64,000 nucleotides of DNA. It comes from Candidatus Woesearchaeota archaeon (GTDB taxonomy: Archaea; Nanobdellota; Nanobdellia; Woesearchaeales; SKIA01). A program made the position numbers and the translations under genes. The stretch spans positions 33,990 to 97,989 of the forward strand of contig JBLKOP010000004.1 of the NCBI GenBank assembly GCA_047602905.1. The letters run 5' to 3'. The first letter of the stretch is position 1, and every line of letters starts with the position of its first letter. The notes beneath the pieces were generated by a model. It was not told the DNA's origin and did no database searches. It saw only the letters and a program-made list of their open reading frames with translations. Shown here one piece after another: positions 27,587 through 36,967 of this stretch.

Positions 27587-27964
27587 TTATTCGGTTTTTT
27601 CTTCTTCAGCCGCTTCAGGCTCTTCTGCGTCCTTGCTTGCGGTCTCTTCAGAAGCGGGTTCTTCAGCCGCTTCAGGCTCCTCAGCAGCAACGAGTTTGTT
27701 CTTCTCAACAACTACTGCTTCCTCTAAGCGCTTCATAGCTTCTTCGCTTGTGTACACGCGAGCATGCACTTGGATAGCTCCTCCTCCAAAGGAGGAGTCT
27801 ATGCGAGAGACAATCACGAGGTCTCGAGGCGCTGATAAGTGTTTTGCAAGTGCGTTAGCAAGTACTTGTCTGCTTGGAGTTGCTTCTACGGTGTACGTTT
27901 TTGCAACGATTATTGTTCGCTCAAATGACGGTTGTTTGTTTTGTTGTAATACTTCTAGTTTCAT
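27587..27964 (-). CDS. rps24e: 30S ribosomal protein S24e with acidic Ala/Glu/Pro-rich C-terminal tail
   Basis: Overall S24e-like fold and length with VYTSEEAMKRLE. Tail EEPEAAEEPASEE encoded by a 21-nt direct DNA repeat. Confidence 0.75.
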   Translation of the reverse strand: MKLEVLQQNKQPSFERTIIVAKTYTVEATPSRQVLANALAKHLSAPRDLVIVSRIDSSFGGGAIQVHARVYTSEEAMKRLEEAVVVEKNKLVAAEEPEAAEEPASEETASKDAEEPEAAEEEKTE

Positions 27965-27966
27965 AG

Positions 27967-28161
27967 TTATCGTACCTTAATTGCGTACTCTCCTTCGTCC
28001 TCAACACCTACGTGTTCTGCTACGCGGCTTTTATCTGCGTTTAGGATGTATACTCTTCCTTGCCAGTTCGAGCTAAACTCCCCGATATTAGCTTTTTTCT
28101 CGTTGATCTCTTGCTGGGTTAATAGTAGTTTCGTCTTTTTGTGTGCGAGTTGTTTTGCCAT
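27967..28161 (-). CDS. Small conserved-looking protein of unknown function (64 aa, beta-rich), in ribosomal/RNAP neighbourhood
   Basis: Tight spacing (2 nt) with rps24e. No Cys, so not Spt4. No confident family. Confidence 0.35.
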   Translation of the reverse strand: MAKQLAHKKTKLLLTQQEINEKKANIGEFSSNWQGRVYILNADKSRVAEHVGVEDEGEYAIKVR

Positions 28162-28175
28162 GGTTATCTCTTATG

Positions 28176-28574
28176 TTATACGAGTAGTCCGATGAGGTCT
28201 CTGCTCGTAATAATTCCTATTGGTTGGTTGTTTTCGTTAACAACCACTATTCTTCTCATTGAGTGCTCTTTCATCTGAGCACTTATTTCCATCACGCTTG
28301 CTTCTGCGCGTACGCTGCGAACGTCTTTAGTCATGATTTCTTCTGCTTTGATGTCTTGTAGGTTTGTTTCGTGAGTAATAGCTTTTCGCAGAATATCTCT
28401 TTCTGTAACTATTCCTGCAAGTACGTCATTCTCCACGAGCACCACGCTTCCAATGTTGTGCTTGTTCATAAGCTCAACTATTTCGTACACGCTTGCTTGT
28501 GTTGATGAAGTAATAACTGGACTTGTCATGTACTCAGAGGTTTCTATCATGCTTTTAGGTCCTCCTCTATCCAC
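28176..28574 (-). CDS. CBS-domain pair protein
   Basis: Two CBS motifs (VITSSTQASVYEIVELMNKHNIGSVVLVEN and VRAEASVMEISAQMKEHSMRRIVVVNE). Confidence 0.7.
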   Translation of the reverse strand: MDRGGPKSMIETSEYMTSPVITSSTQASVYEIVELMNKHNIGSVVLVENDVLAGIVTERDILRKAITHETNLQDIKAEEIMTKDVRSVRAEASVMEISAQMKEHSMRRIVVVNENNQPIGIITSRDLIGLLV

Positions 28575-29086
28575 TCAAGTTTTCCTAGTCCTTCTTGTCG
28601 CATCGTCATACCGATTTTTGGGTTGGTAACGTCTTTGTAACTGACCGCTATTATTCGTGCATTACACATATCACCTATTTTTAGGCTTCTGTTACTGTCT
28701 TTTCCTTGCAGAGTCTTTTCTTTAGTAAAGCTCACAAAGTCATTCATTGTCTGACTTACATGAATCATTCCATCAATTGGTCCTAGAGTAAGAAACGCTC
28801 CGAAATCTGCTATGTCTTTTATTTGTCCCGTAACGACTTCTTGTAGTTCTGGTCTGAACACGAGTAGGTGAAAGGTTGTCTCGTAATAACTTGCTCCGTC
28901 TCCAGGAATAATCATTCCGTCTCCTATTTCTGCTACTGCTTCTACTCCTACAACTACTCCTAGTGCTTTGCTAATATACCCGTCGTATTTGTGCTTTATC
29001 TGGTCGATAACCGCTTTTTCTAGGTCTTCTGAGAACTTCGCTGGGGGTACTCGTATGTGGTCTTGTACGCTTATTCTGTAATACAT
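28547..29086 (-). CDS. rpoE: DNA-directed RNA polymerase subunit E' (Rpo7/RpoE) with S1 domain
   Basis: MYYRISVQDHIRVPPAKF N-terminus and S1-like GxV...GAFL..G.IDGMIHVSQ segment are characteristic of Rpo7. Confidence 0.8.
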   Translation of the reverse strand: MYYRISVQDHIRVPPAKFSEDLEKAVIDQIKHKYDGYISKALGVVVGVEAVAEIGDGMIIPGDGASYYETTFHLLVFRPELQEVVTGQIKDIADFGAFLTLGPIDGMIHVSQTMNDFVSFTKEKTLQGKDSNRSLKIGDMCNARIIAVSYKDVTNPKIGMTMRQEGLGKLEWIEEDLKA

Positions 29087-29117
29087 GTGCTTATATTTTG
29101 TTTGCCTCCTTTGATAT

Positions 29118-29489
29118 CTACGCTACTTGCCGTAGGCGTTTGCGTGCTATCGTGAACACAGCGATTCCGTTTGTAGCGGCTTCTTTTTGTAACGCTTTAT
29201 CAAGGGTGATAATCGCGTCTTGAGCGCTCGCAACTGCGATAAGCGCTGCATCCACATACTGGGTGGAGTTCGTGAATGTTTTTAAGTCTTGTTTATTGAG
29301 TATGTCAAGGGCTAGCTTCGCTGCTCGGGCGTCTTTGCTACTTCCTATTGCGAGTTGTTGTAGTTCTATACGTACTCCTTCTACGATTGCTGGCGTGTAC
29401 GTAGGTAGTTGTGAGGCGATGTTTTCAAATAGTCTTGATTGGTTGGCTAGTGTGAGTAGTGCGTTTGTGTCTATGAATGCGTGTTTCAT
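29118..29489 (-). CDS. PIN-domain protein
   Basis: MKHAFIDTNALL (PIN first acidic motif), ~123 aa, further conserved Asp positions. Confidence 0.5.
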   Translation of the reverse strand: MKHAFIDTNALLTLANQSRLFENIASQLPTYTPAIVEGVRIELQQLAIGSSKDARAAKLALDILNKQDLKTFTNSTQYVDAALIAVASAQDAIITLDKALQKEAATNGIAVFTIARKRLRQVA

Positions 29490-30643
29490 GATTCGTTAGT
29501 TGTTTCTGCGTAGCTAGTAATCGTCGCTACTGCTATGCTGTATAAGAGTATAAAGAACATTGCTGTTATGAGTTCGTCAGGTATTTGCGGGTATAATCCG
29601 CTTGAGAAGATGAAGATAAGTACTGCTACTGCTATTCCTTTTGGCATGAGAAGCGCTACGATGATTCGTTCACGTAGAGTTTCTTCTCGTAAAACGATAC
29701 GTACTGCTAGTAGTCTTGCTAAGAAAAGTCCTGCAAAAAGGATTGCTGCGTAGAGGAGTTCTAGCCAGCCAAAGCTTAGTGTGCTTGCTACAAGTATTCC
29801 TATAAGTAAGAACACCAGTATTTCTACTATGCTACTAAATCCAAAGCTAAAATCTGTGAGTTCTTCTTTGTTTTTTATCGTTACGTTTCCAAAAATAATT
29901 CCTAGTGTCGCTACTGCGAGTACTCCGCTTCCATCTAGGTTCTGTGCTATAAGATACGTTGCTAGCGCTCCTCCTACTATTGCTGCTGTACTGAGGTCTT
30001 TTGCGTAGGTTTTTCTCATTGCTTTAAAGAGGATGAGTCCTATGAGTACTCCTGTTCCTACTCCTACGATGAGTTGTTGTCCTATTCCTATGAGTTGGCT
30101 TATCGTAAATGTTTTTGTGAGTGCATCAAGTGCTATGAAGGGAAGAAGCACCATTACTGGTGTGTTAATAATTGCTTCTATGGTAAGAAGCTTGGTTCGT
30201 TTCGTGTTCTGGTTGGGTAAGAGAAGGATTACACTTGAGGGGTCGGTTCCGCTCACCGCGAATGCGAGTACGAGAGCAAAGAGAATTCCTGCTTCTACGT
30301 TACTAAATAGTAAGAAGTAGCTGCTTACTCCTACGATAAGCGTTACGAAGAGGAGTTGGTACGCTGTGAGTTCTAGTCCTTTGCCGCTATAAATATCTAT
30401 TTGTCGCAAAGAAAACTTGGTTGTTCCTTCAAAAACGACCATTGCTAAAGCGACTATTCCTAGCCCTACAAGTAGTGTGCTTTCAAGAGTAAACCAGTCT
30501 GCTAGTGAGCCAAAGAAGAGTCCTGTAAGTATGAGTACGAGTACGTTGCTGACGCGAAGTTTGTGTGCTGCAGCACTTACTACTATTCCTACAAGTAAAA
30601 GTATGCTAAGTTGCGTGAGTATTGCTGTTGCGTCAACGGCCAT
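29486..30643 (-). CDS. Na+/H+ antiporter, CPA1 (NhaP-type)
   Basis: Multi-TM. GTDPSSV (TDP motif) and IEAIINTPVMVLL (ESxxND-like region). Confidence 0.65.
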   Translation of the reverse strand: MAVDATAILTQLSILLLVGIVVSAAAHKLRVSNVLVLILTGLFFGSLADWFTLESTLLVGLGIVALAMVVFEGTTKFSLRQIDIYSGKGLELTAYQLLFVTLIVGVSSYFLLFSNVEAGILFALVLAFAVSGTDPSSVILLLPNQNTKRTKLLTIEAIINTPVMVLLPFIALDALTKTFTISQLIGIGQQLIVGVGTGVLIGLILFKAMRKTYAKDLSTAAIVGGALATYLIAQNLDGSGVLAVATLGIIFGNVTIKNKEELTDFSFGFSSIVEILVFLLIGILVASTLSFGWLELLYAAILFAGLFLARLLAVRIVLREETLRERIIVALLMPKGIAVAVLIFIFSSGLYPQIPDELITAMFFILLYSIAVATITSYAETTNES

Positions 30644-30704
30644 GTATTTTTGTTATGCGTGCTTGCTTTTATTGTTTTTGTGCGCAACACTCATAAAATA
30701 GGAG

Positions 30705-31979
30705 GTGTTCTTGGTGGGTATGTCAGTGTATCGTTTACTACAGCGAGTTGCTTCTCGTCTGCGCCCAGAACCAGAGGTTCTTGATGTAGTTGAGGTTGTT
30801 CGTGCGCAGCTACAAGAGGCTGTTGTTCTTTTTGAGCTTGACGCAGAGGTGGTTCTTGGTGGCTCAGTTGCTAAGGGCACGTTTCTTCGTGACGCTCATG
30901 ACGTTGATGTGTTTGTTCGCTTCTCGTTATCTTATGCTTCAGAGGACCTCTCTGAGTTGCTTGCTCCTGTTATGAAGCGTTTTGGTGCTCAAAGAGTTCA
31001 TGGAAGCAGAGACTATTTTTCTTTTGAGAAGAACTCGTTAGTTTTTGAGGTCGTCCCTGTTCTTGCAGTAACAAGTGCTTCTCAGGCTCGTAACGTTACT
31101 GACGTAAGTCCTCTTCATGTTCGTTTCGTACAGGAATCAGGTGTTTCTGTTGATGAAATTCGTTTGCTTAAGCAGTTCTGTAAAGCTATTGGTGTGTATG
31201 GTGCGGAGAGTTATTTGCGAGGGTTTTCTGGTCACGTTATTGATTTGCTTGTTATCTATTATGGTTCGTTCTTAGAAGTCGTTAGTGCTGCTTGTTCGTG
31301 GAGTGCTCCTGTGGTTATTGATGTTCAGCAACACCACCAAGACCCATTAGTTGTTCTTAATGAGAGTAAGTTGGGGCCGTTAGTTGTTGTTGATCCTATC
31401 CAGCCGTTTCGTAACGCAGCTGCTGCTCTTGGCGAGGAAGTGTTTACTCGTTTTGTTCATTCGTGTCAGGAGTTCTTCTCAAGTCCTAGCGAGGAGTTCT
31501 TTGTGGTGCAGTCGTTTAATCAAGAGGCGTTGTTTGCTCGCGTGCAAGAAGCGAGTGCTTCCTTACTTATTGAGGTAAACGTTGATGCTTCTAAGCGTGA
31601 CGTGGCTGGTTCTCGTGTGCGTAAGTTTTTTGAGCGCGTGCGTGACGAGTTAGTGAGTGCAGGGTTTTCTTTTCGTGAAGCGGACTGGTTCTTTGCTCAT
31701 CAGAGCAGTAGTTTTGTGTGGTTTATTCTTGAAAAAGGGGTTTTGAGTCCTCGTGTTTTACGCCAAGGACCTCCTGTTGTTGATGATCAGCACTGCGCTC
31801 GTTTTCGTAAACAACACGCTGAGGTGTTTGAGAAGGATGGGTTGTTATGGGCGTATGTTGATCGAGACGTTTCTTCTCTTAGTGCGTTTCGCTTGCAGCT
31901 AGAGGTTCTTGCTTCTCAGAGCGCAGTTGCGCTAGTAGCAGTACTGCTCCAAGAAGAAGGCCTGCTACGAGACTCGTAG
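30705..31979 (+). CDS. cca: Archaeal class I CCA-adding enzyme (tRNA nucleotidyltransferase)
   Basis: LGGSVAKGTFLRDAHDVDVFVRF = archaeal GSxAKxTxLxxxxDxDxFV Pol-beta-type motif. ~420 aa. Likely true start at Met 30720. Confidence 0.75.
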   Translation: MFLVGMSVYRLLQRVASRLRPEPEVLDVVEVVRAQLQEAVVLFELDAEVVLGGSVAKGTFLRDAHDVDVFVRFSLSYASEDLSELLAPVMKRFGAQRVHGSRDYFSFEKNSLVFEVVPVLAVTSASQARNVTDVSPLHVRFVQESGVSVDEIRLLKQFCKAIGVYGAESYLRGFSGHVIDLLVIYYGSFLEVVSAACSWSAPVVIDVQQHHQDPLVVLNESKLGPLVVVDPIQPFRNAAAALGEEVFTRFVHSCQEFFSSPSEEFFVVQSFNQEALFARVQEASASLLIEVNVDASKRDVAGSRVRKFFERVRDELVSAGFSFREADWFFAHQSSSFVWFILEKGVLSPRVLRQGPPVVDDQHCARFRKQHAEVFEKDGLLWAYVDRDVSSLSAFRLQLEVLASQSAVALVAVLLQEEGLLRDS

Positions 31980-32766
31980 TAAACGTTGCTGGGTTGCTTA
32001 TTGGTATGAGTGTTTTTGCTGGTGCTATGAGTGCTCCTAGCATGAGTCCTGCTAAGAAGCTAATCGTTTGTTTGCGCGCTACTCGTAGTACGTACGTAAT
32101 TACTCGTGTGATAATCGTTACTCCAATAACTGCTCCTATTACAAAGGCCGTTAGTTCTCTTGCGTGGCTGAGTGGTTCTCGTATCGCTAGCAGTACGTAC
32201 GTGTATTGTCCGAGTATGAAGAGTACTGCTGATCCGCTTATGCCTGGTAGTAGCATTGCGCTTAGCGCAAGTATTCCTGCTATGAGTAGTGCTAGTGGAG
32301 TGTTTTGTGGGTTTGTTGGTGCAAGTAGTGCTAGTGTTGCTCCTATGAGTATTCCTAGTGTGAGTAGTGCCCAGAGGTTTTTGGTGGTTGTTTCTTTGCG
32401 AATAATTGCTATGCTTGCAGTAATGATGAGTGCTATGAAGAACACAAAGGTTTCTTGTGGGTATACGCTCATGAGTTCAGGTATGAGTCTGCTTGCAAGA
32501 AGTATTGCTGCAAGAATTGCTGCAAGAAGTGGGAGTATGAAGAAGAGGTCGAGTTCTTCTCGTACCTCTCGCGTGGTTGTTTGTCCTCGTGCTATGTTGT
32601 ACGCGTACAGCGGCGTTTTGGTGAGTTGTTTAAGTGCGTGTATGAATCGTTGATACACTCCTGTTATGAGCGCTATTGTTCCTCCGCTTATTCCTGGGAT
32701 GATATCTGCTACTCCTATGAGTGCTCCTCGCCAAAGAATTCCTGTTTTTGAGATGGGTTTTTTCAT
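31879..32766 (-). CDS. DUF368 (COG2035) family membrane protein
   Basis: ADIIPGISGGTIAL and LPGISGSAV motifs, multi-TM. Start moved to internal Met (MKKPISK). The 111-codon N-terminal extension in the track overlaps 32816..33448 and is not protein-like. Confidence 0.6.
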   Translation of the reverse strand: MKKPISKTGILWRGALIGVADIIPGISGGTIALITGVYQRFIHALKQLTKTPLYAYNIARGQTTTREVREELDLFFILPLLAAILAAILLASRLIPELMSVYPQETFVFFIALIITASIAIIRKETTTKNLWALLTLGILIGATLALLAPTNPQNTPLALLIAGILALSAMLLPGISGSAVLFILGQYTYVLLAIREPLSHARELTAFVIGAVIGVTIITRVITYVLRVARKQTISFLAGLMLGALIAPAKTLIPISNPATFTTSLVAGLLLGAVLLLAQLRSEKQEPLAASETH

Positions 32767-32815
32767 TAGGTATGTGTGTAGAGAGCGTTTGGTTTTATAA
32801 ACGAGTCGTGTTTTC

Positions 32816-33448
32816 TTGGTGTGTATGAGAAACGTAGTTCTTATTCTGGTTTTTGCAGTGCTAGTAGTTGGTTGTAGCTCTTCTTCAGTGCATGAGAGAG
32901 TAGTAGTTGCTGATAACGAGATACTATACGCAGATATTGTTGGTGAGGCCTTGGTGTCTTCAGAAGCATCTTTTTTTGGTGTTATGCTTGGTGATTCTCT
33001 TGTTTCTGTTCGTGAACTGCATGGTGAGGCGTTGTTTGAGAACGAGTACTCTTTTGGTCGTACTACGAATCTTGAGTACTCTTTTGGTGCTAATGACACC
33101 GTTGTTCTGTATCATTTCCAGCAAGGAGTGCTTACCGGCGTTTTAGTTACTGATGTTGCTGAGGAGTTCTTCGCGTACGATTCTCTTCTTGGCAGTCCTC
33201 GCAGCGAGATGTATTGGTCTCTTGGCTTACCTACTGTTTCTGAGGATAGGCATCTTGAGCGTATCTTTTATTATGACGCTCTTGGGTATGAGGTGTATTT
33301 ACGTGAGGGAGTTATTGATCGCGTATACTTTACTACTCCTAACCGCGGTATCCAGCCTGCGGGCGTTGATGTTGTTCGTAACGAATCTGAAGAGGCTTCT
33401 TCTAACCAAGCTCCTATTTTGTGTTTTGAGGATGAGTGTTTTTCCTAA
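32816..33448 (+). CDS. Secreted lipoprotein-like protein
   Basis: MVCMRNVVLILVFAVLVVGCSSSS signal plus lipobox-like Cys. Acidic body. Confidence 0.4.
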   Translation: MVCMRNVVLILVFAVLVVGCSSSSVHERVVVADNEILYADIVGEALVSSEASFFGVMLGDSLVSVRELHGEALFENEYSFGRTTNLEYSFGANDTVVLYHFQQGVLTGVLVTDVAEEFFAYDSLLGSPRSEMYWSLGLPTVSEDRHLERIFYYDALGYEVYLREGVIDRVYFTTPNRGIQPAGVDVVRNESEEASSNQAPILCFEDECFS

Positions 33449-33484
33449 AGCGTTTTAAGTAGTTAGTTATTTGCTCTTTGGTGT

Positions 33485-34462
33485 ATGGACGAAGAATTCA
33501 TTAATCGATTATTAGAGACGGATTTCCCTGAGATAGTGGGTCAACAAGCAGTTAAGCAGCAACTTAAGAGTGCGTTGTTATCAAAAAGACATATCATTCT
33601 TGTTGGTCCTCCTGGTGTGGGAAAGACTACTCTTGCTAAGAGCGTCGCTTCGCTTCTTTCTGATAAAGAGCTTAGTGATGATTCGTTTAGAAAGCTTCCT
33701 GGTGAGGGGGTTTCTACGCGTACGTATTCTGGTCGTGAGCGTTTTGTTCGTGTTCAGGGTAGTCCTGACTTGACTGCTGAGGATTTACTTGGAGATATTG
33801 ATCCTCTTAAGGCTCTTGAGTTTGGTCCGTTAAGTACAGAAGCGTTTAGTCCTGGTAAGTTGTTTAAGGCGAATCAGGGGTTGTTGTTTTTTGATGAGGT
33901 GAATCGTTGTTCTGAGAAGTTACAAAACGCTTTGTTGCAGGTCTTGCAAGAGCGCATAGTTACTATTGGCAGTTATGACGTGGATTTTCCTGCTGAGTTC
34001 ATCTTTATTGGTACTATGAATCCTGAGGATAGTAGTACGGAGAAGCTTAGTCACGTGTTTCTTGATCGTTTTGATCTCGTGTACATGTCGTATCCTGGCT
34101 CTCAAGAGGACGAGGTAAGTGTTGTTTCGCAAACCGCTCATCTGCATTCTTCTGTTCCTGACTCGCTTGTTGAGTACGCTGTTCGTTTCGTTCGTGATCT
34201 TCGTCTCAGTAAGGATTTAGAGCAGGCTCCTAGTGTTCGCGCAAGTATTGGTCTTGTTGAGCGCGCTAGTGCTAATGCTCGTCTTCGTGGGTCTACAGAA
34301 GCTGCTCTTAAGGATTTGCGCAGCGCGGTAAGTAGCGTGCTTGCTCACCGAGTCGTTCTGAAGCCTTCTGTTCGTTTCCTAAAGAGTTCTGAGGAATTTG
34401 TTTCTGAATCGTTTGCTCGTTTTGTTGATCAAGAACGCATCCCTACGGGTGGTTCAGGGTGA
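33485..34462 (+). CDS. AAA+ ATPase, MoxR/ChlI-like
   Basis: Walker A ILVGPPGVGKTT, Walker B LLFFDEVNR, sensor FIGTMNPED, arginine finger FLDRFDLV. Confidence 0.75.
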   Translation: MDEEFINRLLETDFPEIVGQQAVKQQLKSALLSKRHIILVGPPGVGKTTLAKSVASLLSDKELSDDSFRKLPGEGVSTRTYSGRERFVRVQGSPDLTAEDLLGDIDPLKALEFGPLSTEAFSPGKLFKANQGLLFFDEVNRCSEKLQNALLQVLQERIVTIGSYDVDFPAEFIFIGTMNPEDSSTEKLSHVFLDRFDLVYMSYPGSQEDEVSVVSQTAHLHSSVPDSLVEYAVRFVRDLRLSKDLEQAPSVRASIGLVERASANARLRGSTEAALKDLRSAVSSVLAHRVVLKPSVRFLKSSEEFVSESFARFVDQERIPTGGSG

Positions 34463-35687
34463 GAGCCGAGATAGTGGGCGGGGCGGTTCTGTCGAGGAGT
34501 TAGGCGATCACGAGACAGAAGTTTCTGAGGCTCAGTCAGTTGATGAAATATCTGGTTCTCCTGGTCGTAACCCGGACAAGGACGGGTTGTCTAGTACTGT
34601 TCTTGAGTCCGAGGAGGATTCTGTTGAGTTGGGTGGCGCGGTTCTTGATAGCATAAATTCTGGTTCTGGTCCGTTTACTCCTGAGCTTGCTATGCAGCAG
34701 TTCGTTAAGGATTTTCGTCAGGCGGAGAAGTTGTATGGTCAAACGCTTATTCGTCGACTTACTGGCTATGACGCTTCGTATGTGCAGAAAAACATGAATA
34801 TTCCTGAGTTTCGTCGTCACTTAGAGCAGCGTCTTAAGCAGAACATTGCTGATTTGCAGGATCAGGGGTTTCTTTCTCGTGACGGGGTGTTTACGGAGGA
34901 GGCTTTAGAGCTTGCTGCTGTTAGTTTGGCTGTTTCTGAGCTTGATCATTTAGAAGCGAGTGGTTTTGTTGGTCCTCGCAGCCATACTGCTCGTGTGTCT
35001 AGTCCTGGTCGTGTGTCTACGCATGCTTTTGCTGGTGAGTCGTACAGGGAGTTGTCTGTTCATCAGAGCGTAAAAACTGCTCTTCGTAGGGGGCAGTCTT
35101 TTCTTCGTAAGGAGGATTTGCGCGTGTTTGATCCTTCTTCTCAGGGTCGTTTAGAGATTGTGTATGCACTCGATACTTCTGGGAGTATGAAGGGTGCAAA
35201 AATTGCTGCTGCTAAGCGTGCTGGTGTTGCTTTGGCGTATCAGGGTATTCGGTCGGGTGATGCTGTTGGTGTTGTGTTGTTTGGTAAGTCTGTTGAGCGC
35301 AGCGTTGCTCCTACAAATGATTTTTCTTCTCTTCTTCGTTGCTTGACTCGTGTGCGTGCTGGTAGCGAGACTGATTTGGCTTCTGCTCTTTCTGAGGCTT
35401 GTGATTTGTTTTCTTCCTCCTCTAAGAATAGTAAGCATGTGTTGTTGTTAACGGATGCTTTGCCTACTGTTGGTAGTGATCCTGTTGGTGCTGTTTTGGA
35501 GGCTGTTGGTGTTGCTGCTTCTCGTGGAGTTACTGTTTCTGTTATTGGTATTGGTCTTGATGCTCAGGGGGAGGCTCTTGCTGAGCAAATTGTTGGTATT
35601 GGTCGGGGTCGCGTGTTAGTTACTTCTGATGTTAAGGATTTGGATGTGTTGGTTCTTTCTGAGTACGTTTCTATGCGACATGCTTAA
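34398..35687 (+). CDS. vWA-domain protein with acidic ChlD-like linker
   Basis: MIDAS-containing vWA: YALDTSGSMKG...VVLFGKS...SETDLASAL...LLLTDALPT. N-terminal 100 aa acidic/Pro-rich. +1 frame, overlaps upstream AAA ORF by 65 nt. Confidence 0.7.
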   Translation: MFLNRLLVLLIKNASLRVVQGESRDSGRGGSVEELGDHETEVSEAQSVDEISGSPGRNPDKDGLSSTVLESEEDSVELGGAVLDSINSGSGPFTPELAMQQFVKDFRQAEKLYGQTLIRRLTGYDASYVQKNMNIPEFRRHLEQRLKQNIADLQDQGFLSRDGVFTEEALELAAVSLAVSELDHLEASGFVGPRSHTARVSSPGRVSTHAFAGESYRELSVHQSVKTALRRGQSFLRKEDLRVFDPSSQGRLEIVYALDTSGSMKGAKIAAAKRAGVALAYQGIRSGDAVGVVLFGKSVERSVAPTNDFSSLLRCLTRVRAGSETDLASALSEACDLFSSSSKNSKHVLLLTDALPTVGSDPVGAVLEAVGVAASRGVTVSVIGIGLDAQGEALAEQIVGIGRGRVLVTSDVKDLDVLVLSEYVSMRHA

Positions 35688-35711
35688 AAGAGCTTTTTGC
35701 TTTCTTCTTGT

Positions 35712-36317
35712 ATGAAAGTTTTGGTTCTTGGGGATACGCATGGAATTACTGATTTCTCGTATCTGTACTCTTTGGCTGGGGATGTTTCGTTAGTTGTTCA
35801 TATCGGTGACATTACTGATTTTGGTAGAGGTATGCGTTCTTGTCTTGCTGGCCTTGAGCAATTAGGTGTTGTTCTTGGTGTTCCTGTTGTTCTTACTCAT
35901 GGTAATCATGAGACTTCTGCGTTAATTGATGCTGTTCGTTCGTTTACGAACTTAGTGTATGTTCATAAGGACGTGTTTTCTTTAGGGGATGTTTCTGTTG
36001 TTGGTTTTGGGGGTGGTGGTTTTGCGCGTAACGAACCTGCTGTTGAGGAGTTCTTTACTCGTGTTTACGAAAACGAGTTATCCAGTATTCATATCTGGTT
36101 GTTTCACGGCCCTCCGTTTGATAGCGCAGTAGATTTTCATCCGTTTCATGGCCCTACAGGGAGTCATACAAAGCGGTCGTTAATTGATCGCTTCAAACCG
36201 CATTTCGTCTTTGCTGGTCACATTCATGAGTCGTGGGGTGTTGTTTATGAGCTTGACGGTACTGTTCTTGTAAATCCTGGTCCTGATGGCGTTCTTGTTG
36301 ATATCACTCAAAAATGA
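35712..36317 (+). CDS. Calcineurin-like metallophosphoesterase
   Basis: MKVLVLGDTHG, HIGDITDFG, LTHGNHE, GHIHE motifs. Track ORF starts at upstream TTG; ATG at 35712 preferred. Confidence 0.75.
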   Translation: MKVLVLGDTHGITDFSYLYSLAGDVSLVVHIGDITDFGRGMRSCLAGLEQLGVVLGVPVVLTHGNHETSALIDAVRSFTNLVYVHKDVFSLGDVSVVGFGGGGFARNEPAVEEFFTRVYENELSSIHIWLFHGPPFDSAVDFHPFHGPTGSHTKRSLIDRFKPHFVFAGHIHESWGVVYELDGTVLVNPGPDGVLVDITQK

Positions 36318-36882
36318 ATTCTACGTCTACGTCGTCTTCTGCTTCTGTGTAGTTGCTGCTTTTCTTTGAGAAGTAGTAGATGTTTTGTTGTATTGCTTGC
36401 TCGTTGTTGTCTATGGCGAGTACTTCGTAGAGTTTTTGAATAATGTTTTCTTCTATGTATTTGAATCGTTGCTCCATGACGATGTCTACGGTGAGTTCTC
36501 GTCCGTAATGAATAGTTACGTAGTTTGCGTAGCTGTCTGTGATGCAGAAGTTCCATTTCTCTACGTCTTCTGTCTTGTATGCTCTTTGTAGTTGTACGCG
36601 TACGTCTTTTCTTCTAAACGCATTGATGTCTTGGATCTCGTTTTTTGAGAGGTCTTTTTCTGCTCGTAAATTTTTTAGGAGGTTCTTGAGTTCTCCTGTG
36701 CTTTTGGCGCTGTAGGTTTCTGCGAAGTTAATTCCTCCTCCTACGTATTTCTTTATGATATCCCATCCTTCATGCGTGTTTCTTGCCTCAATGATTATCC
36801 TGTAGTCACCGAGATTTTTTTCATATGATACGGTATCGCTGTCTTGTATGAGTTTCTTCCATGTTGCTTGCGCCATCTCCAT
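36304..36882 (-). CDS. Hypothetical protein
   Basis: 192-aa ORF with typical local composition. Acidic C-terminus. No family. Confidence 0.4.
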   Translation of the reverse strand: MEMAQATWKKLIQDSDTVSYEKNLGDYRIIIEARNTHEGWDIIKKYVGGGINFAETYSAKSTGELKNLLKNLRAEKDLSKNEIQDINAFRRKDVRVQLQRAYKTEDVEKWNFCITDSYANYVTIHYGRELTVDIVMEQRFKYIEENIIQKLYEVLAIDNNEQAIQQNIYYFSKKSSNYTEAEDDVDVEFIFE

Positions 36883-36967
36883 CTCTGTTATGAATCTTTT
36901 CTGATTTAAAGATTATGGTGTTTTAGTTACTGATACGTTTTTAAGTGCGTCGGTAGTTCTTTCTTAT

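Noticed and set aside
27590-27680. 21-nt direct DNA repeat
   Set aside because: Lies inside rps24e and encodes the duplicated EEPEAAE acidic tail. It is a coding repeat, not a regulatory element.
32767-33099. 111-codon N-terminal extension of the DUF368 ORF
   Set aside because: Non-protein-like Ser/Thr-rich translation overlapping the well-formed + strand gene 32816..33448. The internal Met (MKKPISK) gives the family-typical start.
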